64,000 nt of DNA from an uncultured Planctomycetaceae bacterium (GTDB taxonomy: Bacteria; Planctomycetota; Planctomycetia; Planctomycetales; Planctomycetaceae). The notes under the pieces were generated by a model, which made no database searches, was not told the origin of the DNA, and saw only the letters and a list, made by a program, of their open reading frames with translations. Positions 1 through 10,898 of this stretch are shown piece after piece. The DNA is taken from the NCBI GenBank assembly GCA_963976765.1, contig CAXBME010000013.1, positions 124,001 through 188,000 of the forward strand, read 5' to 3'. How positions within the stretch are numbered: the stretch's first letter is position 1; each line of letters opens with the position of its first letter. Made by a program: the position numbers and the translations under genes.

Positions 1-1
1 G

Positions 2-823
2 GATATCTCGTTGAGCTTGTTCGAGCTGGCTGGTGAGAAATTCCCGATCTTCATTCGGGCATGTGTTCAAGAGCGACTTTAGAAGTCTTGCCGCCGTTGC
101 CGAGTGTTGAGCTTTGAACGCGATCAGGGCCAGGTCGCGCCGCAGTGGATAGCTGGCCGGGCTGATGGCGACCAGCCGGTTCTGCACAGTCCAGGCGGAC
201 GACCAGTCTTCGTTGCTGGCGTACAGGGTGCAGAGGTTGTTCAACATTCGAATGACGATGGTTCGGTCGTCAGCCGGTTGCAGGCTTCGTTCAACCTGCT
301 CGGGGCGCATTCGGGTCAGATCGCAAAGCCAGTCGACCGTTTCCTCCTCGGTCAGCAAACGACCGCCGGAATATCCGTCGAGGAAGACTCGCCCGGTCAC
401 CGTTTCGGCCATCGTCAGGAAATGCAGCGGCGACGAGATTCCGGAAAGCGTCAGACCAAGTCGCTCGGCCACTTCCATGTAAAGTAGCGATAGACTGATG
501 GGGATCCCCTGACCGGTTTCGATGACTCGATTCAGGAAACTGCCGTCGGCGTTGCGGTAGGCTGCTTCCGACCCCGTCACTTCGTGGTCGATCGAGATTG
601 ATTGAGCCAGCGTTTCCAGTTGCTCCTGTACGGAATGCATTCCTCGGAAGTGGCCAGTCAGTTCCTGCCGCCGCTGATCGAACCAGTTCAGCGTTCTGAC
701 AAAGTCGAGTTCCGGATAAGCGTCTCGGGCGATTTCAAGATTGATCATCGTCAGGCTGCACGGTTTTCGCGCAAGCAATCGCTGGAAATGTTCGTCTCTT
801 GAAAAATCGACTTCGGAATTCAT
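2..823 (-). CDS. SirB1/transglutaminase-like (Transglut_core2) family protein, 3' end runs off the window
   Basis: Not in the ORF track (no stop inside the window). Manual translation from ATG at 823: MNSEVDFSRDEHFQRLLARK...GSFLNRVIETGQGIPISLSLLYMEVAERLGLTLSGISSPLHFL, matching the SirB1-type 'LNxV...GIPISLSLLY...G...P.HFL' signature. Confidence 0.8.
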   Translation of the reverse strand, partial: MNSEVDFSRDEHFQRLLARKPCSLTMINLEIARDAYPELDFVRTLNWFDQRRQELTGHFRGMHSVQEQLETLAQSISIDHEVTGSEAAYRNADGSFLNRVIETGQGIPISLSLLYMEVAERLGLTLSGISSPLHFLTMAETVTGRVFLDGYSGGRLLTEEETVDWLCDLTRMRPEQVERSLQPADDRTIVIRMLNNLCTLYASNEDWSSAWTVQNRLVAISPASYPLRRDLALIAFKAQHSATAARLLKSLLNTCPNEDREFLTSQLEQAQRDI

Positions 824-1097
824 GTTCCAACCGGATTCGCGAAGAGGTCGCCGGGGCGGCGGCCGATTGATCGTGCAGCCGTAATTGCCAGAACCAGCGT
901 GTGCCAATGCCGTTTTCAGCGACGCGGGTCGGGGGATCGTAGCGACGGTATTTTTTTTTGGGTACCTTGTCCGAACTCACGATGAGTCTTCCGGATCTGT
1001 TAGTGAGTCCGTCGAGCAAATACTTCGACGTAACTGTTCAGGAATTCAAAACCCGTTTCGATTCGGTCGTTCAAGTGCCGGATTCTGGAGTCAAGTG

Positions 1098-2087
1098 ATG
1101 TCTGTTGGTGTGCCGGGTGTTCTGACTGAAATTGAAGAAGATCCGTTTGATCTGATCGAAGAAATCGAGCAGCTCAAACGCGACAAGGATGTCAGCATCC
1201 TGGCTCACTACTATGTGGATGGAGAAATTCAGGATGTGGCGGATTTTGTTGGCGACAGTCTGAAACTCGCTCGCGATGCGACGACCGTGACAACGTCGAC
1301 GATCCTCTTCAGCGGTGTTCACTTCATGGCGGAAACGGCCAAGATGCTGAATCGCGAAAAGCGGGTTCTGCTGCCGGACATGCTGGCTGGATGCTCGCTC
1401 GCCGAAAGCTGTCAGCCGGAAGCGCTGAAAAAATTTCAGGATGAGCTTCGAGCGGAAGGCCGCGACTTCGAAACGGTTGCGTACATCAACACGTCGGCAG
1501 CGGTGAAGTCGTTGTGCGACTGGATCGTGACCAGCGGAAACGCTCGCGAAATTGTGGAACGCGTTCCCGCAGGCAAAGAAATTCTGTTCGCTCCGGACCA
1601 GCACCTTGGCAGGTATCTGTCGGAAGTGACCGGTCGCCCGATGATCCTGTGGCCCGGCTCGTGCATGGTTCATGAAGTTTTCAGCATTCAGGATCTGCTC
1701 ACGGCGAAGAGGAAGAATGAAGGCTGCACGGTGCTCGCGCATCCTGAATGTCCGCAGAATATTCTCGAAATCAGTGACTTCATCGGCGGCACGGAAGCCA
1801 TGCGCCGGCACGTGATGTCTCTGGCCGAGCCGCAGACATTTTTGATCGCCACCGAAGCGAACATGATCCATCCATTGGAAAAGTCGGCTCCGCAGCACAA
1901 GTACATTCCCGTGCCCGGCATCATGACTTCGACCGGTGAAACGTGTGCTTGTAACCGGTGTCCGCACATGGCTCGCAACACGCTGCAGGCCGTTCGGAAT
2001 TGCCTCCGCGATGAGTCTCCGGAAATCGAGTGGCAGCCGTTCTTCGAAGACGCTCGCGAAGTCGTCGCGAAGAGTCTGTTGAGTTAG
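1098..2087 (+). CDS. nadA: Quinolinate synthase A
   Basis: Motifs [36 protein letters not shown] and three Fe-S cysteines (AGCSLA, GSCMVH, CPHM). ATG at 1098 follows GGAG; the track start at 885 is probably too long. Confidence 0.95.
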   Translation: MSVGVPGVLTEIEEDPFDLIEEIEQLKRDKDVSILAHYYVDGEIQDVADFVGDSLKLARDATTVTTSTILFSGVHFMAETAKMLNREKRVLLPDMLAGCSLAESCQPEALKKFQDELRAEGRDFETVAYINTSAAVKSLCDWIVTSGNAREIVERVPAGKEILFAPDQHLGRYLSEVTGRPMILWPGSCMVHEVFSIQDLLTAKRKNEGCTVLAHPECPQNILEISDFIGGTEAMRRHVMSLAEPQTFLIATEANMIHPLEKSAPQHKYIPVPGIMTSTGETCACNRCPHMARNTLQAVRNCLRDESPEIEWQPFFEDAREVVAKSLLS

Positions 2088-2095
2088 ATGACTCC

Positions 2096-2153
2096 GAAGG
2101 GTGAACACCGCCCACCAGAACGATCATATTATGTTGGGCCCTGCCCACCCTGC
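2096..2153. repeat. Degenerate GTAG-type REP-like palindrome (copy 1)
   Basis: GAAGGGTGAACACCGCCCACCA...GTTGGGCCCTGCCCACCCTGC resembles the cleaner copy at 47443-47499; lies just after nadA. Confidence 0.55.
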
Positions 2154-2175
2154 GGCAGACAGTGGAGCGATCACG

Positions 2176-2961
2176 ATGCCGCTTCCAGATTTGAGTCAGG
2201 CCAAACGCGAACTCGACGAACGAGGCTTCATCGTGCTCGAAGAGTTCATCGATCCGGGCTGGCTGGCTGAGCTTCAACAGGCAACGGAACGGCAATTCGA
2301 ATCCGAAGGTGAAGCAGCCGGTTCCGAGTTTAAGACGGAAACCGGCAGTCGGCGACTCGCAAATCTCGTCAACAAGGGTGAGGTTTTTCAGCGTGTTGTC
2401 GCCGATCCTCGACTGCTGCGTTTCCTCGAACTGGTGCTCGGAGCCGAGTTCAAACTCAGCAGTCTGAACGCTCGGTCGGCGAATCCTCACAACGGAATCA
2501 GCCAGCCGCTGCACGCCGACATGGGAGCGATCGCCGACGAAAAGGGTTACTGGGTGTGCAACTCGGTGTGGATGCTCGACGACTTCACAACGCAGAATGG
2601 CCCGATCCGAGTTGTGCCGGGTTCGCATCGCTGGAAACAGTTGCCACAGGACGCGATGGATGATCCGTCGCAGCCGCATCCCGACGAAGAGATCATTACC
2701 GGCCCGGCGGGAACGGTTGTGGTCATGAACGCTCACGCCTGGCACGGCGGTACGGTGAACCGTACGGACCGCTCCAGAACGGCGCTGCACGCCTTTTATG
2801 CGCGTCGGGACAAGCCTCAGCAGCAATATCAGCGTGAGCTGCTGTCTGAATCGGTCCAGGCATCGCTGAACGCGGAGCTGCGAAAGATTCTCGCTCTGGA
2901 CGACAGCTTGAACGACGAAGTCACAAAGAACTGCCAGCAGCGGAGCGGGTTTCTGAAGTAG
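2176..2961 (+). CDS. Phytanoyl-CoA dioxygenase (PhyH) family Fe(II)/2-oxoglutarate dioxygenase
   Basis: GFIVLEEFI, QPLHAD (HxD), WMLDDFTTQNGPIRVVPGSH, WHGG..N....R motifs. ATG at 2176 follows GGAG. Confidence 0.9.
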   Translation: MPLPDLSQAKRELDERGFIVLEEFIDPGWLAELQQATERQFESEGEAAGSEFKTETGSRRLANLVNKGEVFQRVVADPRLLRFLELVLGAEFKLSSLNARSANPHNGISQPLHADMGAIADEKGYWVCNSVWMLDDFTTQNGPIRVVPGSHRWKQLPQDAMDDPSQPHPDEEIITGPAGTVVVMNAHAWHGGTVNRTDRSRTALHAFYARRDKPQQQYQRELLSESVQASLNAELRKILALDDSLNDEVTKNCQQRSGFLK

Positions 2962-3180
2962 CCTGCGGTCTCGGTCGACCACTCGGTCAATGATGCCGAA
3001 TGTTTCGATTACGCAACAAGCCGGCATGGACCGACCGGATGTGAACATCGGCGGTGGATGAATTGTTGTCTGTTGTTGATTCTGCTCCGCCCGGAATCGT
3101 AGTCTGCACCGCTTTCATCTCGCAGATTTCATTTCACCGTTTTCAATCGGCCCTTCCATTTCCACAGTTCAGAGGCTTTC

Positions 3181-6100
3181 GTGACAGTTCCCAAAGACCC
3201 GGACTCGGCTGCTTCGGACGATGCCGAGCTGACTCCCGACGAAGTTTCCAGTTCCAGCGATGTGAGCGTGCCAGCTGACGACGAGTCTCAATCTGACTCC
3301 CAGCCTGCGTCTGGCGAATCAGCCGAATCATCTTCGGATGAGGCACCTGCTGATATCGACGACGACCTTCCTGAATGGGAGCCACTGTCGCCGGAAATTG
3401 TCGAGGACGAAGCAGTTCGCGGTGACTTCATGTTACGGTGGGTCGTGATCCTGCTCGCGTTTCTGCTCGGATGCCGACACATTTCGGACACTGTCACGCT
3501 GGTGCGGATTCGGACCGGCGAGCATCTTGCTTCCAACGGAATTCTGCCGCCCGCCAACGACGTCTTTTCCTACACGGCCACGGAACGTCCGTGGGTCAAC
3601 CTGGGCTGGCTGTTCGACCTGGTGATTGCAGGTGTGTACGGGGTTGGTGGTGCGGCAGGGCTTTCATTACTTGCCGCAGTTTCGGCCAGCGTGACGTTCT
3701 ACTTTCTGCACGGCATCACCCGCGACGATCTTCCGACCTGGTGGACGTCGGTGTGCGTGGGCGTCGCGTTGTTGATGGCCAATCTGCAATTCGCCGCGTT
3801 GCCACAAATGGTGACATTGCTTGGCGTCGCCTGGATGCTGCGTGGGTTGCACTCGTGGTCGCAGACGGGAAAGCAGTCGACTCTGTGGTGCGTTGCTGGT
3901 TCGCTCGCCGTATGGAGCAACCTCGATCCGCGAGCGTTTATTGGCTGGCTGATTCTACTGGCGTATCTGGTCGGCGCAGCGATTGGTCAGAAGTGTGGTC
4001 GAAGTACGTTTTCGGAGCACGCGTCACTGAAAGGGTTGGCGCTGGCGACGGCGGCAGGCTTTATCGCGTTGATGGTTAACCCGTTTGGCTGGCACGCGAT
4101 TCTGTCGCCGATCCAGCTTTACGGTGTCGAAATGCCGGCACTGGCGGAGTACGCCGGTCGGGTGACACTGCCAGACGAAGTTCAGCTGGTTTCGTTGTTT
4201 GACTCTGCCGTCTGGGAAAACCTCAACCAGCACACCATTGCCGCTCTCATGATTGGGGTCGTGGCGGCTGTGACGAGTGTCATGAATTTCTCGCGACTGA
4301 ACATCGGACTGTTCGCTGTTTATGTTGCCATGCTTGGACTTGCCATCGTTTGCTCACACGAGCTGGGAGCACTGGCTCTGGTGTCGTGCGTGCTGGCCGG
4401 GCTGAACGGGCAGGACTGGTACAAAGCGAACTGCCGCCAGGAATACACCATCGACACGTTTGAAGTGCTGTGGTCACGCGCCGGGCGAGCGGTCACTGTG
4501 CTTAGCCTTGCGGCGGTCGCGTTTCTGGCAATCAGCGGTCGATTGATGGGGCCGGAAGGTCGTCGAATTGGACTTGGATTCTCACCAGCGCTGGCTGCAA
4601 CGGTCGATGCTGCCAGAGACGAGGTCGAACTTCTGCCGGAAGGTCGCATTTTTACATTCCGACTTGACCAGGCAGATATTCTGCTGTGGCACGGCGTCCC
4701 GTCCTTCGTCGACAGCCGCATCGGTGTTTTTATCGGCGGCGAGGATGACATTCTGAAGGCCCATAACAAAGCTCGATATGCACTGCGCCGAAGCCCGACC
4801 GGCTCGGCGGTGGCAGATGCGGTTCCTGGAAAAGCAGTCAAAGAATCCGACAACTGGCTGGGAAATAAAGAACTCTGGCAGCAGCCCTTTGAGAAGTATC
4901 AGGTCACATTAGTGACGCCGCGAATGTGGGGTGTCACGCCTGATTACAGTTCGTACTTTGATCTCATTGCTTCGCCTGATTGGAACCTCGTCGAACAGGG
5001 TGCCTCGGCGGCATTCTTTGCGCGAACAGACTCGACTCCATCGGGGACGCCATCGAACCTGAATATCGGGTTCTTCCGGAAGCTGGCATTTGAAGATTGC
5101 CAAATGAAAAAAGACTTCGAGCCGCGGGTGGAATGGCCTCGCCCGCCATCGAGTTATCAGCAGTTTCTGTCGCTGCCGTCCCCTCCTGTTTCCAGTCAGG
5201 CACAAAGAGCCCGGCACGAACTGGCGTACCTGTCTGCGGTTGTCAGCGGAGCACTTCCGATGGAACGCGGCGATGCGTTGGGACTTGCGGTGCTTGCACT
5301 CCGTGACGCGACAGTCGGCATCAGCGAAGAAGCAGACAACTCTCAGGCATACAGCATTCAAGCCGACGTTCAGGGAATTCTGAATCAGCTTGAAGCCAGC
5401 ATTCAGGCACAGTACCAGCTCAGCGTGCCGACTCAGCAAAGATACTACCAGCGACTTCACGCGATGCGGCAGGCTCTGATCGTGGATCCTGAGCAGCTCC
5501 AGGTACTTTTCAGCCTGGCTCAGCTTTACCACTCGGCGGGGCGGCTGGACTTTGCGTTTGACATGATCGAACGAGCGCTGGCGGTTATCAGGACGCTTCC
5601 GGATGCGGAACTCAATGACCAGGTTCTGCAGATTGCCCGACAGCTTAATCAGATGAAGCAGCAGATTGGCCCCAACATCGAAACCGTCGAAAGTCGCATT
5701 CAGGATGCCATGCAGAACGAGAATTTTGATCGCGTCCAACTGGCAGCCGCGCTGAATCAAGGAGGCTACGCGCAACGGGCGCTGCAACTGCTGGAAGAAG
5801 ACCGACTCTCTATCGCCGGCAACCAGATGGCCGAACTTCAACTGGCATTTCTGCTGGCTGAAGCGGGTCGTTTTGAAGAGGCGAGCGGCATGTTTGCTGC
5901 CTTTGAGCAAATGGGAAACGCCGCCGCGATCCCGCTTGACGTTGTCCTTCAATCGTGCTGGCTGGACATGGCTCTGGGCGACTATCGCAGCGTCGCGAGA
6001 AAATGCAGGGGACGCGTAGAACTGCTCAAGACTGCCAGTACCCAGGCGATGCTGGCCACGGTTCCGTTCGTGATGCCGTCTCCTCAGTTTCTGGGTGATA

Positions 6101-6498
6101 CCAGTATCTGGCCGGCGACTCAAACGCTGATCTCATCCCGCACGCTTGGCGAGACCGCCTCTGAAATCGCGTTACTCCGATGGACGATCGCGATGGCCAG
6201 CATCGAAGCCGGTGAATGTGCTGAAGCCGCTGCCACGTTGCAGACATTGGTCGATGAATTTCCCGAAAGCCAGTTTCGCCCCCTGGTGAAAGCCTGGTTG
6301 ATGGCCATGACCGGCGAAGAGCTCTCAGACGTTCCTGAGGATATAGATCCGGGCATTCGCTACTACGATGATTCTGACCTTGCTGCTCGTTCGAATGCCC
6401 CGGACGTAAACGATAATCGCTCCACTCAAGTTACTGGTCGCACCGAACAAAAGCCGGCGTCAAACGAACCGTCAGAAACGTCGCCGCCACAGAACTGA
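3181..6498 (+). CDS. Large polytopic membrane protein with acidic N-terminus and C-terminal TPR-like helical region (module paralog 1)
   Basis: 1105-aa ORF with many hydrophobic segments in aa ~85-455. Motifs 'RTGEHL..NGILPPANDVFSYT...RPWVNLGWLFD', 'WSNLDP' and 'NPFG' have counterparts in 12939-15092 and 20559-22736. TPR-like helices (VLFSLAQLYHSAGRLDFA; LAFLLAEAGRFEEA). Confidence 0.8.
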   Translation: MTVPKDPDSAASDDAELTPDEVSSSSDVSVPADDESQSDSQPASGESAESSSDEAPADIDDDLPEWEPLSPEIVEDEAVRGDFMLRWVVILLAFLLGCRHISDTVTLVRIRTGEHLASNGILPPANDVFSYTATERPWVNLGWLFDLVIAGVYGVGGAAGLSLLAAVSASVTFYFLHGITRDDLPTWWTSVCVGVALLMANLQFAALPQMVTLLGVAWMLRGLHSWSQTGKQSTLWCVAGSLAVWSNLDPRAFIGWLILLAYLVGAAIGQKCGRSTFSEHASLKGLALATAAGFIALMVNPFGWHAILSPIQLYGVEMPALAEYAGRVTLPDEVQLVSLFDSAVWENLNQHTIAALMIGVVAAVTSVMNFSRLNIGLFAVYVAMLGLAIVCSHELGALALVSCVLAGLNGQDWYKANCRQEYTIDTFEVLWSRAGRAVTVLSLAAVAFLAISGRLMGPEGRRIGLGFSPALAATVDAARDEVELLPEGRIFTFRLDQADILLWHGVPSFVDSRIGVFIGGEDDILKAHNKARYALRRSPTGSAVADAVPGKAVKESDNWLGNKELWQQPFEKYQVTLVTPRMWGVTPDYSSYFDLIASPDWNLVEQGASAAFFARTDSTPSGTPSNLNIGFFRKLAFEDCQMKKDFEPRVEWPRPPSSYQQFLSLPSPPVSSQAQRARHELAYLSAVVSGALPMERGDALGLAVLALRDATVGISEEADNSQAYSIQADVQGILNQLEASIQAQYQLSVPTQQRYYQRLHAMRQALIVDPEQLQVLFSLAQLYHSAGRLDFAFDMIERALAVIRTLPDAELNDQVLQIARQLNQMKQQIGPNIETVESRIQDAMQNENFDRVQLAAALNQGGYAQRALQLLEEDRLSIAGNQMAELQLAFLLAEAGRFEEASGMFAAFEQMGNAAAIPLDVVLQSCWLDMALGDYRSVARKCRGRVELLKTASTQAMLATVPFVMPSPQFLGDTSIWPATQTLISSRTLGETASEIALLRWTIAMASIEAGECAEAAATLQTLVDEFPESQFRPLVKAWLMAMTGEELSDVPEDIDPGIRYYDDSDLAARSNAPDVNDNRSTQVTGRTEQKPASNEPSETSPPQN

Positions 6499-6549
6499 CT
6501 TGATGGCTTTCTGGCGACTGATGTAACTAATGAATGCGAGGTTCGCGTT

Positions 6550-7806
6550 GTGACGAAACGTCAATCCCGAAAAATCGCTCGAGTCTGGCAGAGGTTCGGT
6601 TTTCTGTTTGGCGTGGTGGTGATCGCGGGCGTTTCGGTGGCAACGTGGTGGTCGGCTCGCGACGAAACGATGCGGCCTGATGATCCACCTGTCGGGCTTA
6701 CGCAGTCCGGGGCCGATGTGAATTTTGTCGGAACGGCACGCTGCGCCGAGTGTCACCCTGACAGGGCGTCCGACTACAGGACGACAGGGCATTCCCGAAC
6801 GTTTCAAGTGATGGAAGATTCTCCGATTCCATCACGACTGGATGGGAAGCGTTACGTTGACCCGATTCGAAAGACGGAGCTGGAGTACAGAAAGGAGGGG
6901 GCGGGGCTTGCTGTGCGTATTCCTGAAGTCCTGGGTGACGACCCGTTCCCACTACAGTACGTATTCGGGTCCGGACAGCATGCTTTCACATTTCTGACGC
7001 TCATTCCGGGGCCGGGTGGAGAGGCGATTGGGCTCGAGCATCGCGTCAGCCTGTTTTCGGCGACCGCATCCGACCGAACAGTGATTCCTGGAGGCGCACT
7101 CGGCCTGACCCCTGGTCAGAAAAATTACAGAATCAACGAAGAGGTCGATCACTTTGGGCATATCGTGAGTGGTGGCACTCTCAGAAACTGCATCCGCTGC
7201 CATACAACGACTGGTGAGATCAGAGGCGGAGAAGTGATCAATCTGATGCCGAACGTTGGCTGCGAAAGTTGCCACGGTCCTGGCAGCAGGCATGCTGAGG
7301 GGATGAGCCGCAAACATTCCAGTGCGCCTGCCGCCCTGCCTCGAAGTGTTCGAAAACCGGGCCAGATGTTTACAGCAAAGTGGTCTGCGCTGGATGAGAT
7401 CCGCATGTGCGGCGAGTGTCACCGTATGCCGGAAGATATTTCGAGCGACCGCATTTCGCCCTACCATCCCAGCACAATTCGGTTCCAGCCGATCGGGCTG
7501 CTGAAGTCTCGGTGCTATCTGGAATCGGATAAGAATTTGTCCTGTTCCGGGTGCCACAACCCACACTTGCATTCGTCGAGCCAAAGCCGCAGCGACTATG
7601 AAAGCAAGTGCATTTCGTGTCATTCTGCAATCGGCCAGAAGAAAGGAACTTCCTGTCCGGTTTCGTCTCAAAAGAACTGCATCGAGTGTCACATGTCAGC
7701 TGTTGAGATTCATCCGGGTGTGTTCTTTCATGATCATTGGATTCGGGTGCGCGATGGCCAGACAGGAGTGGTCGGTCGCGTCGAAAGTGATAACGCTGAC
7801 AATTAA
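6550..7806 (+). CDS. Membrane-anchored multiheme c-type cytochrome (c554-like family), 7 CxxCH motifs
   Basis: N-terminal TM; CAECH, CIRCH, CESCH, CGECH, CSGCH, CISCH, CIECH; FGSGQHA and C-terminal HDHWIR motifs. Confidence 0.9.
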   Translation: MTKRQSRKIARVWQRFGFLFGVVVIAGVSVATWWSARDETMRPDDPPVGLTQSGADVNFVGTARCAECHPDRASDYRTTGHSRTFQVMEDSPIPSRLDGKRYVDPIRKTELEYRKEGAGLAVRIPEVLGDDPFPLQYVFGSGQHAFTFLTLIPGPGGEAIGLEHRVSLFSATASDRTVIPGGALGLTPGQKNYRINEEVDHFGHIVSGGTLRNCIRCHTTTGEIRGGEVINLMPNVGCESCHGPGSRHAEGMSRKHSSAPAALPRSVRKPGQMFTAKWSALDEIRMCGECHRMPEDISSDRISPYHPSTIRFQPIGLLKSRCYLESDKNLSCSGCHNPHLHSSSQSRSDYESKCISCHSAIGQKKGTSCPVSSQKNCIECHMSAVEIHPGVFFHDHWIRVRDGQTGVVGRVESDNADN

Positions 7807-8146
7807 TGCGGTTGCGGACAGGTTTAAGAACTGATATTCCGGAGCCGGGCTGCATGAACAGCGAGAAGTTTTTCGATTCGGATGGCAGAATGTTGCCATC
7901 GCGACTGTTTTTCTGAGAAAGATATTTCGATACTGATTGTTGCGGCTTGCTGTTTCTGGCAACGCCTCACTCCACCGCATTCATCCTGACGGCATTCCTC
8001 ACTCCACTGCCCACCTCGCTGCATCCTCACCATCTCACGGTAAGAAACATGGAACGTTGCGTGGGTAACGTGGGGAAGTGTGTTTTTCGAACCTGCCTTT
8101 ACTGATCCTTCATTTTTAGTTTCCTTGAGCAAAAGGACTGGCTGCC

Positions 8147-9142
8147 ATGAAGAGACGTCTTCCGCGTTTTCCAGGTGCTCGACGAGTGCTTGGTTTCACA
8201 CTGATCGAGTTACTGGTTGTGATTGCAATCATCGCAATCCTTGTTGCATTGCTCTTGCCGGCGGTACAGCAGGCAAGGGAGGCTGCACGACGGTCTCAGT
8301 GCAAAGCCAATCTGAAGAACATTGGCGTTGCACTGCACAACTACCACGACATGGCGACCGTGTTGCCGCCATACAAGACATGGGGCGGGCCGAACGGCAG
8401 TGATTGCCCCAGAGGATCAAACTCCTGGTCAAATGTTGGAGGCTACAGCTGGCGTGTGATGATCCTGCCGTACATGGATCAGGCTGCCGCTTACTCGGAG
8501 ATTGATTTTGAGAGCGATCACGTCCAGGACTACTGCAGTTACAACATGCCGATCTCCTGGGACCAGGTGAATCGCAAGGTGATGTCAGCTTATGTATGCC
8601 CATCCGATGAAACTGATCCACGCTCGGGTGGTGGTGCAAACGGTGGAACTGGCACTAATTACGGTGCTGTGGTATCGGCAACAAACATCGCGAATGGCCC
8701 GACAACTGCTGCTCAGCAGGCTGTTTTCCAGCAGTCGGCCAGCGGAACCACGAATGTAAAGCTGGACGCGATTAAAGACGGTACAAGCAATACCATTGCC
8801 ATCGCTGAGGTCTATCGAGGCAGGACAGGACAGCGAAATGGTGGTGGACCTGTGGCTTTGAACCCGCCGTTTCGGTGCAATCGATGGTTTGGTACCGGGA
8901 GCTGCGGTGTTACAGGAGGCCGTACTCCAAACGATCCGGCTCCCGATGAGTTCGCCTGGACGAACGACAACGACGAGGCCGCAACCAATGGTTTTCGTCC
9001 AGCATCCAGTGCTCACGTCGGCGGCGTACACGCATTGATGGCAGACGGTGCTGTGAAATTTGCAGGCGATACGATCGACCTGGGGGTCTGGAGTGCCGCA
9101 CATACCCGGAATGGCGCAGAAGACGCCAGTCCGGATTTCTGA
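8147..9142 (+). CDS. DUF1559 family protein with prepilin-type N-terminal cleavage/methylation motif
   Basis: [59 protein letters not shown]-terminal [14 protein letters not shown] (H-X9-DG). Confidence 0.95.
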   Translation: MKRRLPRFPGARRVLGFTLIELLVVIAIIAILVALLLPAVQQAREAARRSQCKANLKNIGVALHNYHDMATVLPPYKTWGGPNGSDCPRGSNSWSNVGGYSWRVMILPYMDQAAAYSEIDFESDHVQDYCSYNMPISWDQVNRKVMSAYVCPSDETDPRSGGGANGGTGTNYGAVVSATNIANGPTTAAQQAVFQQSASGTTNVKLDAIKDGTSNTIAIAEVYRGRTGQRNGGGPVALNPPFRCNRWFGTGSCGVTGGRTPNDPAPDEFAWTNDNDEAATNGFRPASSAHVGGVHALMADGAVKFAGDTIDLGVWSAAHTRNGAEDASPDF

Positions 9143-9369
9143 TCCCAGCGGTTCCGTTTGCTGCCTTGTTGTAACGTTCGGGCCTGGAGCGTCCGTTAGT
9201 CGGTCCGTTGTATTGATTGGGGCGACCTGGATTTGTCAGGGCAGCAGTATTTCTGAAGCTGACGAGTGGAGCATCATCGCACAGTCGCGATGATGCTCCG
9301 CTCAGTACTTTTGAGCTACTTTCTCCGTCACACTCAGCAGCCTGATTCTCATTGAAGGAATATCTCAGG

Positions 9370-9771
9370 ATGAAAAACGTTCTCTGTCTTCTGCTTCTTG
9401 CTGCAACGATTGGATGTTCGAGCGGTGGGGCACCACCTCAGAAAGAACTCAAGTACCCACAGTGGGAAGCGATGGACAAACTTTCTTCCGATGACGTCCG
9501 TGAAATAGTGATTGGTGCTCAGGAAGGGAACTGGCAAGCCGTCAAGAAAGCAGTTTCATCACCGGAGTTCAAAACTGCTGTGGACACCTTTGCCTCAACC
9601 GACGTGCCTGAAGAGTTTGCCACTGACGCCAGGAAGCAGCTTAAGGAAGAGGCGGTGCAGAAATTCAGGGCATTGATTGAGGCTGCATCGGGAAGCGGCT
9701 CTGTCCAGGAAAAATACGAAGCTGCCTACGAAAGCCTGAAAGCTGTACGAGCTCCCGACCCTGTTGAGTAG
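9370..9771 (+). CDS. Hypothetical lipoprotein downstream of the DUF1559 gene
   Basis: MKNVLCLLLLAATIGC signal peptide with lipobox; helical, charged mature region. Confidence 0.8.
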   Translation: MKNVLCLLLLAATIGCSSGGAPPQKELKYPQWEAMDKLSSDDVREIVIGAQEGNWQAVKKAVSSPEFKTAVDTFASTDVPEEFATDARKQLKEEAVQKFRALIEAASGSGSVQEKYEAAYESLKAVRAPDPVE

Positions 9772-9798
9772 ATAAGCTGCAGCGAGCCAGAATCCGGG

Positions 9799-10866
9799 TC
9801 ATTCTTCCGTTGAGTGGCCTGGGTTGAATCCAGGATTCATTTTGTTCTCCGTTGACCGGAGATCATCGAGCCTCCGGTGAAGTTGCCGGGCTTCGTCGAT
9901 GTGTCCAGATGCGGCGGCTGCGCGGGCAAGCGAGCCGAGGTACCGATAGGTTTCTCGCTGTTCGTCATGAATCTCTTGCAGCCGCCGATATGCCTCGTCT
10001 GGCTTGCGCTCATAGAGCAGCAGGTCGGCCTCAAGAATGCGACAATCGACATCACGCGGTGCGAGTTTCATTGCTTTCTCGATTTCCCTCCTGGCCTCGT
10101 CCAGACGCCCCTCGCTACGAGCGACTGAGGCGAGGATTCGGTAAGCAAACGCCTCTTTCGAATTTCGCGTCAGACACCAGCGTGCTTCTTGCACGGCCTC
10201 AGCCAACTGGCCAGCCGCGTGGTAAGCGTACGCCAGATTCAAATGAGCTTCGTACAATTCTGGATCCAGCTCGATAGCCTTCTTCAGTGGCACGATCATT
10301 TCCGGTTTCTGCCGGAGTCCGTCACGAATTTCTGCCACCAGCAACCATGTCTTAGCACGGTCGGGCTGTAACGTTGATGCATGCAAGGCGCGAGGCAACG
10401 CACTCTTGTAGTCTTTCTGATGAAAATACAACTCGGCGAGCGACAGCTGGACGGGGTAATCATCAGGGCGGGAAGCTTCCAGCTTCAGCAGAGCTTCTTC
10501 CGCTTCCGCGGTTCGGTCAGTCTTTAAGCAGATCAAAGCAGTCAGACGCAGAGCGTCCTCGTAACCAGCGTCTTCCGGGACAATGAGTTGCAGGTGTTCG
10601 ACGGCCTCGACAGGGTCAACGGTCGCGATGAGACCAGCCAGCCTCAGACGCACGTCGCTGGCGTCGGGGAAGTGGACGAGATGAAGGCGGAACGCCTGGA
10701 TGGCTGCATCGTTGTCACCGGCAGACAGTGATTTTTCTGCCGTTTCGAGCAGAGTTGGCGAGTTCCAGGTGACGACCGAACAAATGACTCCGGTCAGCAG
10801 AATGGTAATCAATGTGTAAGCGGTGACTTTGGCCACTTGGGGCTCCTGAATCGACCTTCTGAACAC
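9799..10866 (-). CDS. Tetratricopeptide repeat protein with N-terminal membrane anchor
   Basis: Hydrophobic segment followed by repeated TPR units (e.g. LKKAIELDPELYEAHLNLAYAY, IEKAMKLAPRD). Start codon uncertain. Confidence 0.85.
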   Translation of the reverse strand: MFRRSIQEPQVAKVTAYTLITILLTGVICSVVTWNSPTLLETAEKSLSAGDNDAAIQAFRLHLVHFPDASDVRLRLAGLIATVDPVEAVEHLQLIVPEDAGYEDALRLTALICLKTDRTAEAEEALLKLEASRPDDYPVQLSLAELYFHQKDYKSALPRALHASTLQPDRAKTWLLVAEIRDGLRQKPEMIVPLKKAIELDPELYEAHLNLAYAYHAAGQLAEAVQEARWCLTRNSKEAFAYRILASVARSEGRLDEARREIEKAMKLAPRDVDCRILEADLLLYERKPDEAYRRLQEIHDEQRETYRYLGSLARAAAASGHIDEARQLHRRLDDLRSTENKMNPGFNPGHSTEE

Positions 10867-10898
10867 GGCTGGCGAGCGCGCCAGGTTTGGCGGAAGGC

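Noticed and set aside
951..959. T9 homopolymer between the SirB1-like gene and nadA as a phase-variation tract
   Set aside because: A single short run next to housekeeping genes, with no evidence of variability available from sequence alone.
885..1097. N-terminal extension of nadA in the ORF track
   Set aside because: Covers the divergent intergenic region; recognisable NadA sequence and an RBS begin near 1098.
1071..3048. Long minus-strand ORFs (345 and 375 aa), and similar ones elsewhere such as 4909-6123 and 38519-39490
   Set aside because: Antisense shadows of well-supported genes in GC-rich DNA, with no recognisable motifs.
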